This document shows positions 1-13,938 of a stretch of 64,000 nucleotides of DNA, one piece after another; within the stretch, counting starts at the first letter, position 1; every line of letters starts with the position of its first letter. The notes under the pieces were generated by a model that did no database searches, was not told the DNA's origin, and saw only the letters and a program-made list of their open reading frames with translations. Source of the DNA: Eremomyces bilateralis CBS 781.70 (taxonomy: Eukaryota); assembly GCA_010015585.1 (NCBI GenBank), contig ML975161.1. One strand, written 5' to 3'. A program made the position numbers and the translations under genes.

Positions 1-126
1 GATGCCAGAGTGTAAATACCATTATTCCCTTCGATCACCACCACGAGGTCTTTTCTCTCTTAGCTAGGAGGACGCCATCCCTATTGTATGCGCTGAGGAA
101 CTATCAGTCCCTGATACAAAATCGCA

Positions 127-1756
127 ATGGTATGCTTCCTCATCTCAGCACCTCCTTGCGCTAATATTGGTGTAGGTTGTCCTTGCGGCTTCAATATGCA
201 CCCGAGGGGGGAAGGCTGTCATCTCGAGACAGTTTCGGGAAATGCAAAGATCTCGAATTGAGGGTTTGCTTGCCTCGTTCCCCAAACTCGCCGATTCCGG
301 AACCCAACATACAACCGTCGAGCAGGACAATGTCCGTTTCGTATATCAGCCATTGGACGAGCTCTATATGGTCTTGATCACCAACCGACAATCGAACATC
401 CTTCAAGATATCGACTCGTTACATCTCTTTGCTCAAGTGGTCAGCAGTATATGCAAGAGTCTTGATGAGAAGGAGATCCTGCGCAACGCCTTTGAGTTGC
501 TAGGCGCTTTCGATGAGCTAGTGACCCTGGGATACCGAGAGAATCTCACTATGGCCCAGATCAAGACGTTCCTCGATATGGAGAGTCATGAGGAGCGTAT
601 CCAAGAAATCATTGCCCGCAACAAAGAAATGGAGGCGAGCGAAGAGCGCAAGAAGAAGGCGAAGCAACTGGATATGCAGCGAAAGGAGATGACCCGGAAC
701 GCTCGTCAAGGCATGCCCCCTCGAGTTCCGTCATATCCAACATATACCCCGCCTGTTCAAGCATCGGTACCGGACACATACGATAGCTACAATTCGGAAA
801 GGAACAAGCCCACCAAGTCCATGCCTCTCCGTAGCAAAGGCTTGCAGTTGGGCAAGAAGTCCAAAACCAGCAATATGTACGATCAAGTTCGCGAGGAACT
901 CGGTCCGGAAGAATCCGCACCATTGGTGTCTCCAGCCTATACCCCCCAAGCTGCAGCTACACCAGCACGAACTTCGCTATCAGGGGAAGACCCAGTTCAT
1001 ATCACCCTTGCCGAATCCATCAACGCCAAAGTCAGCCGAGAGGGCACGTTGGAATCACTCGATGTAAAGGGTACTCTGCAACTCAGAATAACCGATCCGT
1101 CATTCACATCTGTGAAGTTGGACTTGGCTGTGGGCAACAGTCGAGGTGCTCAACTCTTCTCCCATCCGAAAGTGGACAAGAACCTCTTCCGAACCTCCAA
1201 GGTCATTCAACTCGCCGACCCTTCCAAGGGAGGCTTCCCGGTCAGACAATCTATCGGAGTGATGCGATGGACTCTTTCACCAAAAGTAGCCGACATCGAT
1301 GATCCTCCCATCACTTTTACAGTCTGGGTCAACGATGCTGGGCCAGATACCTGGAATGTCACGGTGGAATACGAATGGACGGGAAGTGATCCACTCAAAG
1401 ATGTTATCGTGTCCATTCCATACAGCACGAGCGAGCCATCGATCTCCAGTTTCGATTCCATCTATGAAGTTTCAGGGGATAGCATTGACTGGACCATTGG
1501 AGGTATTGACAATGCCAACCCCAACGGTTCCTTCGAGTTCGAGGCACAAGCCGAGAGTGATTCGGAGTTCTTCCCAATGAGTGTTAGCTTTACGAAGACA
1601 AAACCCTTCGTGGAGGTCGATGTAAGTTTATTGTTGATATTCTACAAGCACAGCTAACACCAACAGGTCTCATCCGTCACACTGTTGGGTATGAACGAAG
1701 AAGTTCCTTTCACGAAAGAGGTGAAGTCGGTCGCGGACAAGTATCTGATTGGGTGA
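127..1756 (+). CDS. RET2: Coatomer subunit delta (delta-COP); exons 127-129 (ATG only), 176-1621, 1667-1756
   Basis: Spliced N-terminus MVVLAASICTRGGKAVISRQFREMQRSRIEGLLASFPKL; longin-like region (VRFVYQPLDELYMVLITNRQSNILQDI), MESHEERIQEII and C-terminal mu-homology domain; introns 130-175 (GTATGC..CTAAT..TAG) and 1622-1666 (GTAAGT..CTAAC..CAG). Confidence 0.97.
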
Positions 1757-2183
1757 TATGGTCCTACCTATAATGACAATGGCCAAGTTCAAGGCGTTTG
1801 GGTAGTATTACTTGATAGAATGAGAGGTGGCGGTTATGGAGGCCTATGCGCTGTAGTCCTACCTTTAAAATGAGCACTCGATAGGTCATTTCCTCCATGT
1901 TACCCGACTTCATTACGTGACTTCTGATATAATATCAAATGCTATGCAGGGGATAACTTACGAATGAGTGCAACGCTGTGTCTCTCGTGTGTAATATCAG
2001 AGCCTCAGTTCTGATGGTGTCTCCCTTTTCAGGCGCCAAGGCGTAAAAATTTGAGTCAGGCATTGAGACGCGAACAACGCGACTTCCTATTTTGAACTCC
2101 ATCGGCAGCCATGAAATATTTTTGTACGAACGCGTAGGGATCTAGAGTTGGAGAATCCATGAATCTATCTCGAACCATGCACC

Positions 2184-4985
2184 ATGGGAGAACCGGTTCT
2201 GCTTCTCCAAGCGGAGAAGACCCTCGCCCGTCAATTGCGGGCAAACCTCGTGTCATGTTGTCCAACGATGGATCTCGTAGCGGTCGTCACGCAAGATGAA
2301 CAGCTCGAAGTATATCGATTCAACGGGCAAAAAGCATTTGGACTGCATCGAAGAAACCCCGATACCACAGTACAGTCGATATGCTGGAAATTCAACGGTG
2401 AGCACTCGTCCCCTCCCCTGTGAGCTTGATACGGAATCTGAAGTCCAATACAGGTCAATATATTGCGGTCGGATGGCGGGATGGTACTGTGGACGTGGTC
2501 TCGGCTGAGAGTGGAAAGGTGTTGCAGCACTTCAAACATGTCACTGCCGCGGCAGTATCAAATCCAACACCTGAACCAACTCTCTGCATTGGCTGGTCTC
2601 TCAACCTGATCAAGGTGAAAGCCGTCAGCGACCGCGTCAATATCGATGACCTATTGTCTTCGAATGGAAAGCCCGGACGGAAGGATCTGATTGAAAGTCT
2701 TCGTGACTATGTCTCTCTAGACGATTTCCTGGACCGACAACCAGATCATGAGACTCTAAGCATCCATCCAAACCTTCCCGAGGAGCTCGCTCTACTAGAT
2801 GTTGAGAGCGTTTTACCAAAACTTCCGATAGTGCCACTACTGACGGCAACCGGTTTATCGACCATTAACCCGGAAATTTTCGCTTCTCAACCTGCTCTTG
2901 ATCTCCTCCTTCAGAAACACACTCGAGATCATAACTCGGTCGAGACACTGATTGTACATAATGCCAACCGAACGGGGACGATCATCGTGTATGATTCTCT
3001 CAATGTTGGATCTTTTCGATATCCTGAACGCTGGGCATCTCTCGAGATTGCTCCTCTGCTGCACGTTTCTCATCCCTTCTCTTATACTCACATGATCCTT
3101 GTTGAGACAAAAGTTATTCCATCATCCAGACTTTCGTATGGTACACGAACTCCACGGAAGAGTACAAGACGAACGCATGTTCCAGAAGAGACAGACACAG
3201 CAGGGCAGCAAACTAGACTTGCTCTGATTCCACTCACACTTCGATTTATCAAGTCTTCTGGCATCATCCTGCATATCATTGCCTCGAAAACTGCTCAACT
3301 GCAAAACATTTTACAGTATATTCTGCGTTGCGTTGAGTCGGTCACGTACCTTTGGAACACGAGTCATGAATTTCCTTCTAAATCCATGGCGAACATCGAA
3401 GAGACATTGGCTGAGGAAGAAAACGGCACGCTGGTTCAAAACTTGTATCATCTTGCAATGAGTGGAGACTGTCCGCTACCAGTGAAGGAGTGGCTTGCCG
3501 ACCAAGTAGCGGAGCGTGTTCGTGATCCTGGATATAAATTTCTGGTCAGTCGCTAATATTTGCAGGGACACAAACGTTGGGATCATAGTGTTAGCAACGG
3601 CTACCAACGGATCCTTGATTTGACCCATGAGAATCTTCTCCCAGCTTTGGACCGATGCACGATGTTGATATCGGCACTAAGAGGGCTGGCACTGCATTAT
3701 CAGGAGAGCCAGATCCTGGATGTTCCAATCCCACAATTCCGAGTCATCATCGAGCGAGTCCGATGTCTTCGTTTCCTCTCTCATCAAATCCTGATAATCG
3801 CGAGCGAAGAAAGACGGCAGTTCCTTGCGTTTTCGAGATGGATGCGGCATGAGATTGAGGTTCAAGCCACAGAACCCACCTCAGCTGCTGCAGACGAAGT
3901 CCTCGACCGTGATATAGGCATTGATTATGCTCAACTCCTCGCATATATCCGAGGACCCCTGAAGGCTAGCAGGATGCCAAAGTTTATGGAGGATGTTGAG
4001 CTATCAGCAGTGGATGACCTTGATCATCTCTCTTACGAGACCCTGCAAAAACAACTGAAGCAGCATAATAATGGGATGGGAACGAAATTCCCGTGTCTGT
4101 CCTTGTGGATTCATCTGAAAGAGCTTCAAAGTAGCTGCTTAAGCCTTGTCAAAAAGATCACATTCTCACAAGTGGCGGGTACAGATGTGGCGTGTGGTAT
4201 ATTCCTGGATGATGGAGAGGTATCATCACTGGACATGAAGATGGTCCACCCGGTAAGACCTCCATGTACATACATCCTCATGTCTAATGCCTACAGGGAC
4301 CTAAGGATGTGTCGAGCATGTTCAGTTACATCGCTTATGTTCCAAAAACCAAACCCGACGAAGGTAGTGTCCTCATACATTATCCGGTTTATGATGCTGA
4401 CGTCCCAGTTCGGTTACATCGACTCTATCATGAAAGCTTTATTGATGATTCTCGATCCATCAAGTCGGCAAAGTCCTTCACCATTGCTTTCGAAGGGTTC
4501 GATTGTTTGGATGTAAAATTTGCGGACGAAACGCACCTCCTTGTCCTTATTGGGAATGGAAGTATGTCTGTCCCTCTCATAATTCCTTCAATTGCTAATG
4601 ATCAGGTTCGTCTTTTATCCTATCCTTCGACCTGCGCCCCACGGATGATAGCCATGAAGTTGAGAGGAATTTCAAAGACTGGCGTATCTCAGAGACGAAA
4701 CCGTCATTGATGGATTTCGAACTACCCAACGGTCAACCCAGGACGGTAGCGCCTGCAATCCGGTTATCACTGGAGCAAACCGAGCGGTTCATCAAGCACA
4801 AATTCAACGAGAATGAGCGTTTCAGGCCGCTTAAGATGGAGGTCAATGGACGTAAGAACCGTCGAGTCCTATGCGTTGTTGGGGAGGATCTTCGCCAGTA
4901 TCGAATTCTTGATCTGGACTTTCTGGCGAGTCAGATGGCGACAGAAGAGGCACAAGATGAACCAGATGTACACGATGATGAATGA
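2184..4985 (+). CDS. APC4: Anaphase-promoting complex subunit 4 (Apc4/Cut20), about 6 exons
   Basis: N-terminal CPTMDLVAV..YRFNGQ..WKFNGQYIAVGWRDG (ANAPC4 WD40-type); central helical region LYHLAMSG..VKEWL..GHKRWDHSV..ENLLPALDRC; introns at about 2398-2453, 3518-3565, 4253-4296, 4364-4408 and 4562-4605 join the ORF pieces in frame. Confidence 0.9.
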
Positions 4986-5054
4986 ATAATGATCATGGTA
5001 TCGTATGTAGTCTTCTACCTCTATCTGCGCTTGACCGGCTTCATAAAACAGCAG

Positions 5055-6661
5055 CTAGGTCTCGCCTCTAACGAACTGCCGTCTATCTATATGCAAGTCA
5101 TTATGCGCCATGCCACCTCTAACCCGTGGTAGTCTCTCCGTTGACGACGTCGATGAAGGACTCGGCGTGGCCCTCTCCCTCTCGTCCCCATTGCTCTCGC
5201 AACATCGGCGTGTGTTGCCACTCATGATCTTACCCCCAACAAACACGCAGCTCCCGTACGCATGTCGAATCAAACTATCGCCGGCAAGGCTACCAATAAC
5301 GAAAACATCCTGGGTCACTTCGAAGTTGTTTTCTTCGAATTTGGGTCGTAGAGTGCGTCCGGAAATCAGAGAACTGTCATTGACGCGAAGGTCTTTCAAG
5401 ACTTCTCCCCGCAAATCCTCGTGAAGGTAATCCAATGTGCCGCGCCGTCCAACGACATACGCGAAACTGCCGATCACGAATTCTTTGATCTGTCCCTTGC
5501 ATGTCCGAATTTGAACGTGCGCCACATCGTGATCTCGTTCAGCGTCGCTCTGATGAACGGAAACGATCTCGGCATTCGGAAGACCCTCGTATACGTCGGC
5601 CCAGTCGCGGTTCGCGGCGAACGGATTGACCTTTCTCTTAACTCCCGGTGTCGAGGCATGCCTTTCGTCCTCCGCGGCGGCCTGTTTCATCTGCCTGTAC
5701 ACCATAGCATACTCCGGATATGCTTGCGGATGACATCCTCGTAGTGGCGAAGGTCGCTCCTCCGGAGCCCAGTTATAGAGGTGGATGATCTTCTGAGACG
5801 GTGGGGCAGAGATGATAACATCGGCGGCCGAGAAACCGGATCCAACGACAAGAAGTGGCTTGGAGTCGGAGTGGAGGGGTGCCAATGGCCGGAGGACTGC
5901 AGGAGGAGGGATGTTGATCGAAAATATGCCCGTCGCGAGCACCAGGTGCTTGCACTGCAATCGCTGCGGCTCGATGAAGAACCCATCCTTGGTACGAGAT
6001 ATCCTCTCGACATAGCAGTTGTTATGAATGACGTCAGATATGCCGACCGCGGAGGGGTATGCTGCGAAGTACGACGCGACTTCTTCCCTTGATGGTCTAA
6101 GGAAATCAGGAAGTGGTTCGCCGTGGACACGCTGGTGATGGTCTGCGAAGGAGTATCCAGGAAGCGACAACATCTCCGCGTAACTCAGTGTCCCGATCGA
6201 GGCACTGGCGGAGACGGGATCCTCCGTCCACTGCCCCCCAGGAGCCGGTGCGTTCCCTAAGATCGCGTGCGTGACGGCGACATCCGGCCGAAATATCCAA
6301 TCCACACATGTTCTCGAATCAATCGTCGTGTCGGCATTCGGTCGGATTAGCGTATCCAACAAGGTGTTGATCGGGAGCGCCTGGGTCGAATAGCGGAGGG
6401 AGGAGTGGAAATGCGCGTAGAGGTCCGGCGTCAGGCAGCGCAAATCCGGCTTGTCACACAGCTTGGAGTCCAAAACGGAATCATGGTGTCCGCCCGCATA
6501 AACTGGAAGATGGCCATGCAGTAGGTAACTCAGGAGGAGGGCCGCCGGACCGTTACCTTGGGGTCATGTCTTAGCATTCGGCAACTGGCACACGCACGAA
6601 CAAGGATGGGCAAGGTCTCACCAATTATGGCAGTATCGACTTCGGGCGGTGTGGAAGCCAT
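5055..6661 (-). CDS. FAD-dependent oxidoreductase, OSGIN1/2 (oxidative-stress-induced growth inhibitor)-like; intron 6557-6621
   Basis: Spliced start MASTPPEVDTAII-GNGPAALLLSYLLHGHLPVY (dinucleotide-binding motif like OSGIN IIGNGPSG..LSY.L.G); also PINTLLDTLIRPNAD, GGQW, HLVLATG, second motif VVGSGFSAAD, YPEY and VFVIGSLAGDSLIR. Confidence 0.85.
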
Positions 6662-8673
6662 TGAAGGCCTGAAGGACGCGAATGGACCTATTCATACTTG
6701 TAGGATTCACAGGAGGGGCGAGGATGGCCCGGAGACAAAATGGACCAGGCCTCACATCTCCTCACATCCCCAATGACACTCTGATGGCGCAATTCTAGAA
6801 AGCTGTGGGGGAGCTAACATGCAGATTCAGTAGGTCCGGTCGTGTCCGTCGTGAATGGCACCTGAGGATTCTCCACGGATAGGCTCAGATGAATCATCAT
6901 ATCTCGGAGTATTATTCAAGTCCTTTTTGAATTATTAAGCTGTTTGATTACAGATACCATCCTTCGAAACCGAGAGATAGCGACTTCGGCCAAAGCTACG
7001 ATCACCAGCCCTTCGATGCGCACAGCCCTAAAACATTCCGCCCGCCTAATCCCCCCATAGTCTTTGGTCTTGCGCTTTTTCACAGGATACAGAACCACAA
7101 AGACCAAGGGCCCGTTGAAAACCGGTGAAGCAAGATTTTAGCCGATCTGCTTAACAGAATCTCTCAGAAACATTGTCCTCCTAGTTACCGGTAAGGAAAC
7201 TGCGGCGCCGGTTTAACCCGATCGTAGTGGGAGCTTCGAATCCAGTGGGAGAATCGGTGATCGAAATTTGGATGCTAGTTCTCCGTCACACCATAGAGAC
7301 CGTTAGTGCTAATATGCCTCTCCTCTATCCGTACCACTGTCACAGTCTTACCAAGGTCTTTCCCTATTATTGAATGTTAAGGTTGGTCATTCACGTTGTT
7401 CGGAGACTCCATTTACCAGATTCAAAGAGAATGTGGTAATGAATTCTGACCCACCCCAGAATTGAAAAATATGGAACAAGTCTTGCTCAAATTACTTACT
7501 CTTCGACAGAGGAGCTCATTTTCCGGTCATTGCAACAACAAGCGGCCCAATGAATTCAAGAAGAGAAGCACTCCTTGAGATCATGCACATCTTTCAATCA
7601 AAGTTCCCCCACCGGGACTGTATAAAAAAGCAACTTTCCATGTCTTCTGGCTCAGATTTACATAGATGTTCACTTAACAGCATCGTTGGTCTTGCACTAG
7701 CTGACCTATCTACAAAGTGCCCACCGGACCCTTCTGCGCAAGCTGGCTGGCTCGGTGAGTCACAAGTGTCTTTTAAATTAAATGGCTTCTATCATGCAGC
7801 AACCTGGCATTTATTATCAGGATGTTAGTACGGACTTCCTGGAACTCTCCAGCGCATGCGTTACTGACACGACTACCTAGTCGCCGATCTGCAAGTGAAC
7901 CGAAGCCCCTAGCGTTGCTATCAAGTATCAAACAAGGCCCAAGGCACCTGCGAGCGATGTCTTCGATACGTCTTCGAAGTTCGCGAGGGGGGCCGTGGGG
8001 TAGGCGTGCTGCCGCCCGACGTGGTGTACTCTACAGTAGTATACAAGCCAAATGTAGTCCTTGCAGCCACGCTCACCACCAGTGCTACGTTGTAAGTTTG
8101 GTTCGGGCCTGTTGCGCATGCGTTTGCCTTATGCGGTACTACCTCCCCCCGTCGACTTTCATTTGCTGATCAATGCGATGCTTCGGCTACGTGGAATCGC
8201 CATAGGCATCCGCTTTAAGGAGAGGGAACCAACTGGTCGACATACATTCACTGATGGCTGGATGCATTCCGACTTCTCATAAGAGGAAAATAAATTTCGC
8301 TAGCGTTAATTCCAGTTTTCTAGCAAATTCCCCCAACTAGCCTCGCCTGAACCGTGGCGGAGTGAGACCTCGCACATACTTCTTGATGCGACCAGTAGAG
8401 CCTGTATGACATGACATGGTCTGGATGCGTGAGGTCTGCGATTACTAAGTTTTATTAATCTAAACTGAAGAGAGAGGAAAGGAAGAAACCTCCCAGGGCC
8501 TCTACGCCCGAGATATCGATTCTCCTCTCTGCTCTCCTAATACACAGCTCCCACATGACTGTCTCCTTGATAGTCCTCCATGTAATTCACCAGCCACATT
8601 TCTGTGGCAATCAGCCACACCCAAGTGCCCAGGCCACAGGCCTGGGACCATAACATGAAATCCCCATAAAGCC

Positions 8674-9662
8674 TCATGTCAAACCGGTGATTGCAATGAT
8701 TTTTCCGGGCTCGGTATATGTTCCATTTACAGGCATCGCCCCTCCTCCGCTCGTAACAACATATAGAACCTCCCCTCTTGCATCGAATTGGGCTGACGTT
8801 GGGCCCACGAGCTCAATGCTGCCAGGGGCGCCATAAACGACCTCCGATTGCCCACTTTGATCAATCTTGAGGACATGGTTGGAAGTGAGAGCCGCAAAGG
8901 TAAGCATTGCCATCGCCAGCCAAATCAAAGCCGTCTGCGACGGTTGCGATTGGTATCATTTCGACTGAACCGACTGGTTGCCCCTTCCTCAAGTCCACCT
9001 TGACTTTATTGAACGTTTCCGCATAGGAGTTCGTGAAATAGGCATACTGTCCCCGCATGTGGATGCCATTTATGCCGATCGGTGCGAAGTCCGGGAGAAA
9101 AGGCGATTTCAAAGCGGGATCGTCCAAGAAAAGACGGTATTCGCCAGTGCGTATATCGAGGGCATATATGAGACCCTGTGAGCTCTCGGCAATGAGAGCA
9201 ATATGACTCTCCGGTTCGAGCATCGTTATGCCATTCAATAGGGTATCTGAAAAGGAAGCCAGCTGCCTAGCCTTTGGTCTCCCCTGGAAGTCTATTTTCC
9301 AGACCGATAAAGTGTCGGGGATGGTAACCGGGGGGGGTGCCTTCGAATTGCCCGGCCACAACAAGGTATTTATGGTCCTCAACTCGAGTGATGCCCAGTA
9401 AACCGGTCGCATCGGGGATTGTATACGCAATCTCAGCAGTTCCTTTCCAGGGATTAACACGATATATGTTCGCTTCGGTTTCATCGAGGCGGGTGACAAG
9501 CAATTGTCCGGAGGGCTCCACGACTAGGTTCTCGTACCAAGAGCCATTGTCCGGAGCTTGGTATACAGTCCTCGCTGAGATGGGCCGGTTCCTAGCTGAA
9601 CTTCCTGGAATGGAAAAGAATAGGAACAGAAGAGAAGGTACGAGACTCCGAGTGAGAATCAT
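8674..9662 (-). pseudogene. Frameshifted secreted six-bladed beta-propeller protein (SMP-30/gluconolactonase-like superfamily); two +1 frameshifts
   Basis: Signal peptide MILTRSLVPSLLFLFFSIPGSSA, WYENLVVEPSGQLLVT, LLGIT, LLNGIT, IGINGI..YAYFTNS, ADGFDL and GPTSAQF..LYVVTSGG lie in three successive frames; shifts at about 9330-9353 and at 8896-8898; TATATAA at 9776-9782. May be sequencing error. Confidence 0.8.
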
Positions 9663-10549
9663 GACAGGCAAGATGAAGATATGCTTTCAACAATGAGGGA
9701 GTAATTGCTCCAACAGAGTTATTTAGCCACAGGATAGAAATGGTTCAGAACAAATGAAATCCGGCATCTGGGAACTTATATAGTGGTTGAACTCGGCCAT
9801 CCCGATTCCCTCTATCCCGTACGTTGGTCAACCACAGGATGAGAACTAGATCAGTCTTCATTTTCCCAGTTGAAAAACCAGCTACCATCTGCGCACTTGT
9901 AGCATGAAAGGGGCAAATACGTTGCAACATGTCTAGGATCTTCGTGATTTTAGAGCCACGAAGCTAAAATACATGCGACACTTGGTCCAATACCTGTTTT
10001 AGTCGTCTTGCTCTGACTCTTTCTTTATTGGTTCATTTGGATGACTTTGCCACAAAAGTCTCATTCCCAAAGATATGTCGGAACTATGTTGCCTCGACCA
10101 TCTCCTCTATACTCGAGTGGTAGATGGTTCGGCTACGAGACACGGATGACTGAAAGACTATGTCCAGCGGAACCATTTAGAGTGAGCGGCCACCGTGAAT
10201 GGAGGTTTCATCCGGAAATCTGATATTGCTTGGACAATGAACTGATTTCCCCAGGATCCGCCAGTGCTGGTCATGAACTCTGCGGTAAAAGGGCAGTGAG
10301 CCGAATGATCCTCCCTTCGGGTCACGATTTCGGTGTCAACGATCGTGAGTCAGGCAGATGAAAGAACAGTGCCTGTAGCCAAGTTTGATCGGAAGTCAGG
10401 TAGAAGGGAGATAATTGTACGGCAACAGACCTTGTGGCGATCGAGATGTATTGGAAGGTCCAACAGAGCCTCAAGCTTTATAGTTCAAACCTGTCCACTC
10501 CGTGACCGTATCTTCACCCTATTTCCTTCCAATATCCGTTGCCAGAACA

Positions 10550-12915
10550 GCACGCTGGTAGTCACAGGGAGGCCCATAACTCAATTCGATGACCGGGTCC
10601 CGTCATATTGACCATTTGCTTCCCTCCCAATCAGTGGCTTTGGAAATCGAGATGTCTGCAGCCATGAACAGCCGGTGCCATTGCAGTGCTCCCATGTACC
10701 ATTCTCATTCTAACGATTTAAATCCCCGCCATCAGACCCCCAAGCACCAGCTACACGTCTTGTGTTGCAGTCGCCTTCCCTGCAGCTCTCCGAAACATTT
10801 TCTCATCTCCTTTCGTCCGCCCTTCCTATTGTATCCTTGTGCCACAAATTTCAAGTGGTTGTTCGAGGGAGAGAGGAATTTCGTGGAGGAGTTGAGGAGA
10901 CATTCGATGAAGAGGAGTTCGATAAGGATATTCTCGAGAGAATGCCTTGAGGGTGGGACATGCCGGAGAGGGCATATAACGGCGCTGTGCGGAGGTCGCG
11001 GCGTCTAAAAGAATCCCCAATTTAGCTTTTTCTCGCTTGTTGAATTGTCTTTTCATGAGTGCCTGTAGGCGTTCGGTCCTCAGGAACGTTCCATTTTGTG
11101 AGTTCCGTAGGAGTCCGAATAGCCCAGTGGCGTATCCTTGACCCCATAGATTCCGATGCATGGTGGGCAAAACCTTTCCAACTGTCTTGGGAATGGGGGT
11201 CGATCCCGAGTTTTCGAGAAAGGCAGTCTGATCGGCTCGGATTACGGTCTGCATGTTCGGTGCTTACTTCTGACATAGCCGCTATCCGATTAGAAAATGT
11301 CCACTAGAATCATATCGCATGTCGGTACTGCACCATACCGGAAAGGCCCTCGGCGGGGATTCAGTCGGTCGAATGGTGTCAATGGTATACTCGGAAATTC
11401 TAGGCCCGGGATGAGGGCTGGCTGAATTGATCGATCCAGGGCGTCCGTCCAGTTACAGGAGCGCAGTCGTCGTTTATGGTGATCAGGTCGATATTCGTGC
11501 CCTCGATTCCCATTGGCATCGTGTCCATCCACTAAACCATCTTGAGTTCAAAGAATTTTGGCCGAATAACTTCTAACTTACGTCATCAAAGGATAGGCGC
11601 CAGCCAACTGAGGAGAACTGATTCATTGTGTGCAATTTCTCAAGGTCCTCCGCTTACTCCTCCACCGTTAGCTTTCCGCCCCTCATCTCTTCTTTGACCA
11701 AGGCGTGGGAGGACTCGATCCGTGTTTGAAGTTCCTGTAATATGTGAAGATTAGTAAACGGCTTTAAGAACATGTCAGATTAAACTTACCGATGGAGAGA
11801 AACCGGCAGCACTCCATTCAAGGCACGTACTACCGGGAGAAGCTGTTCATGGTGCCACTAGGTGTTGATTTCATCGTTTTCACGGCGGAATTTGAAGAAA
11901 CAGTTAGCAGTGCTCCAACAGAATTAGAGGCTGAAGGTGTAGACTCGAAATCTGAATGGAAGTCGTTTGCTTTTGCTCCTCTCCTCCATCCCCATCAAAT
12001 CACCCTCTTGTAACGGATGAACATAGAGGTGGTGGGAACTGGGCTTCTGGCCCTGTTGGCTCCTAGTGTCTCGAGCTCCCAGACAAAGTATGCTGACCTG
12101 TACCGAATGTTCAGACGACTTTGACAAACCTGTGCTCTTCTCTAACCGTTCCAGCATCTGCTGCCAGTGACCCAACTGAAGGGGGGGCATGAGGGTCGGA
12201 AAATGATTGCGTGGTCGGATCCTGGGCTTCTCGAGAAAAAGATTGCTGGCCGGTCCCGACGCTTACCTGGCTAATGACTGCATTCTCCGCGCCGAAGCAT
12301 CTCTGGAGAAGAGGTGCTGCCCGTGAACAGAAGCTTGTCTGCTTTATGAATTCCGGCCGTGCCCTTGGCCGGGCCTTTCGGGGGGCCTCGATCCACAACG
12401 ACCCCAGTGATGGTACAAGTGACCGCGTGGTTCGGAACCTGAAATTTCTGGAGAGCCGCTCCCAGAAGAAGCGTCGCTTTCGTAAGGCAAATATTGAGGT
12501 ATCCTTCCAAAATAAGGATAGTCCTCGCTAAACAATCGGGGCACTTTTCCGCAGGAAGAATGGCCCTCGCTAGGTGAAAATCGCGGAAATCTTCCAAAGG
12601 AAGCCCACGACTTAAGGTTAGATTCAGGGGCTCTTATAAGAGACTTCCCGCCGTATGTGCTTCCTGGGTGGCTTTCCTAAGCTGATCCCTGGTCCGGACG
12701 CCCCGGGTGACTACCATAAGTTGATCCCTGGAGTGTGCTCCTTAGGTGGCCTCCATCAGAAGTTTGTACCGGCTCATGGCCTAAAAGCCAGACTGATCGA
12801 TATCCATAGACTCACCCATGCCGCGAACGGTGGGTTTATTGAACTAAGGCATGGACGGACGTTCGCGGCCCCCTGGATTCTGGGAACTCGAATGGTATGG
12901 GTTATTGGAATCCAT
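10550..12915 (-). pseudogene. Heavily decayed spliced gene of unknown family
   Basis: TATAAA (13063-13068), pyrimidine-rich leader, ATG 12915 (MDSNNPYHSSSQNPGG); canonical intron 11735-11789 (GTAAGT..CTAAT..CAG) and probable intron 11532-11581; many in-frame stops and frame changes; 3' limit approximate. Confidence 0.5.
12655..12772. repeat. Degenerate 39-bp (13-codon) tandem repeat, about 3 units
   Basis: AAGCTGATCCCTGG at 12679 and AAGTTGATCCCTGG at 12718 (period 39); GTGCTTCCTGGGTGGC and GTGCTCCTTAGGTGGC lie two periods apart. Confidence 0.7.
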
Positions 12916-13938
12916 TTTCTTGCTGGAAACTGTGATGCTGTTGATGGCGGTAGGTCGCGAATTTCGATGATGATGTGTGTAAGTGTGGGTATGAGCGTTG
13001 AGAGAAGCGTGGATGTTGACAAACGAAAAGAAACAACCAAGTCTCTTGGGTTTGAACTAAAATTTATAGAACGCTGAATTCAACTGATAGCGGTCACACG
13101 ATACACAACATTCGTCTACTCTTGTCTCTTATCATATGCTCACTTTTCCAATCCACTTGGAGTAGACCAAATTGACGACTCAGTGACTTGGACATACGGC
13201 TCCAGCCAGTGTAAATCGGCAGGATATTAGAGCTATCATCTGTTAATTTTCCGTAATTAAATAACCTTTTACCGTGTGCTTCCGCCTACATGGTCTGGGG
13301 ATGTGCTTCAATCGTGCTATGCCGTCAATTCTGTCCACCGGGCATCTCTGACCAGCTCAGGGGTTCTCTTCCCCGGGGATGAACGTCTGCCATGTCTCAT
13401 TTGAACAACTGAACAACTAAAAATAACTCTTTCTCTGCATCTACCTATCTCAGGCAAATGAATATGCACGATCTAGTTTTTTCGAATCCTAGAGATATGC
13501 TTCAAGGTTTAGGAATCGTCATTCTATGCATTGCTAGACGTCCAGCGATTGGACTAGTTTTTGAGATCGCGTTTCCGTGATGTCTCTCCGCCAAACGAAA
13601 GATGAGGCAAAGCTGCCTATTTCGCTTCAGGATGTCAACATTCCATGTTTATTTGCGAATTCGAGCAGAGGAATTGATTATCAGCAATATCAGACCAGAT
13701 TATCCTTCCCAGCCCCCTTGATCCCTCGACCAATATCAGCGTGTGTGGTGTTTAACGTTAGCCAGAGCGAGTCCGTTCTGATCCACGAGGACCAGTGGTT
13801 GAGGAATTCAGGAGCTGGAGCGCATCAGGCCGCATCAGGTAATGTGAAGTGCAATGCGCAGCTTCTTGACCTAAGTCTTCTACTCCCCGCATCCCAATTC
13901 CGGTCGCCGCGTACCCGAAGCTCGAAATCATCGCCAGC

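Noticed and set aside
7550..8282. Overlapping short ORFs, including a Thr/Ser-rich minus-strand frame
   Set aside because: No start context, motif or intron support.
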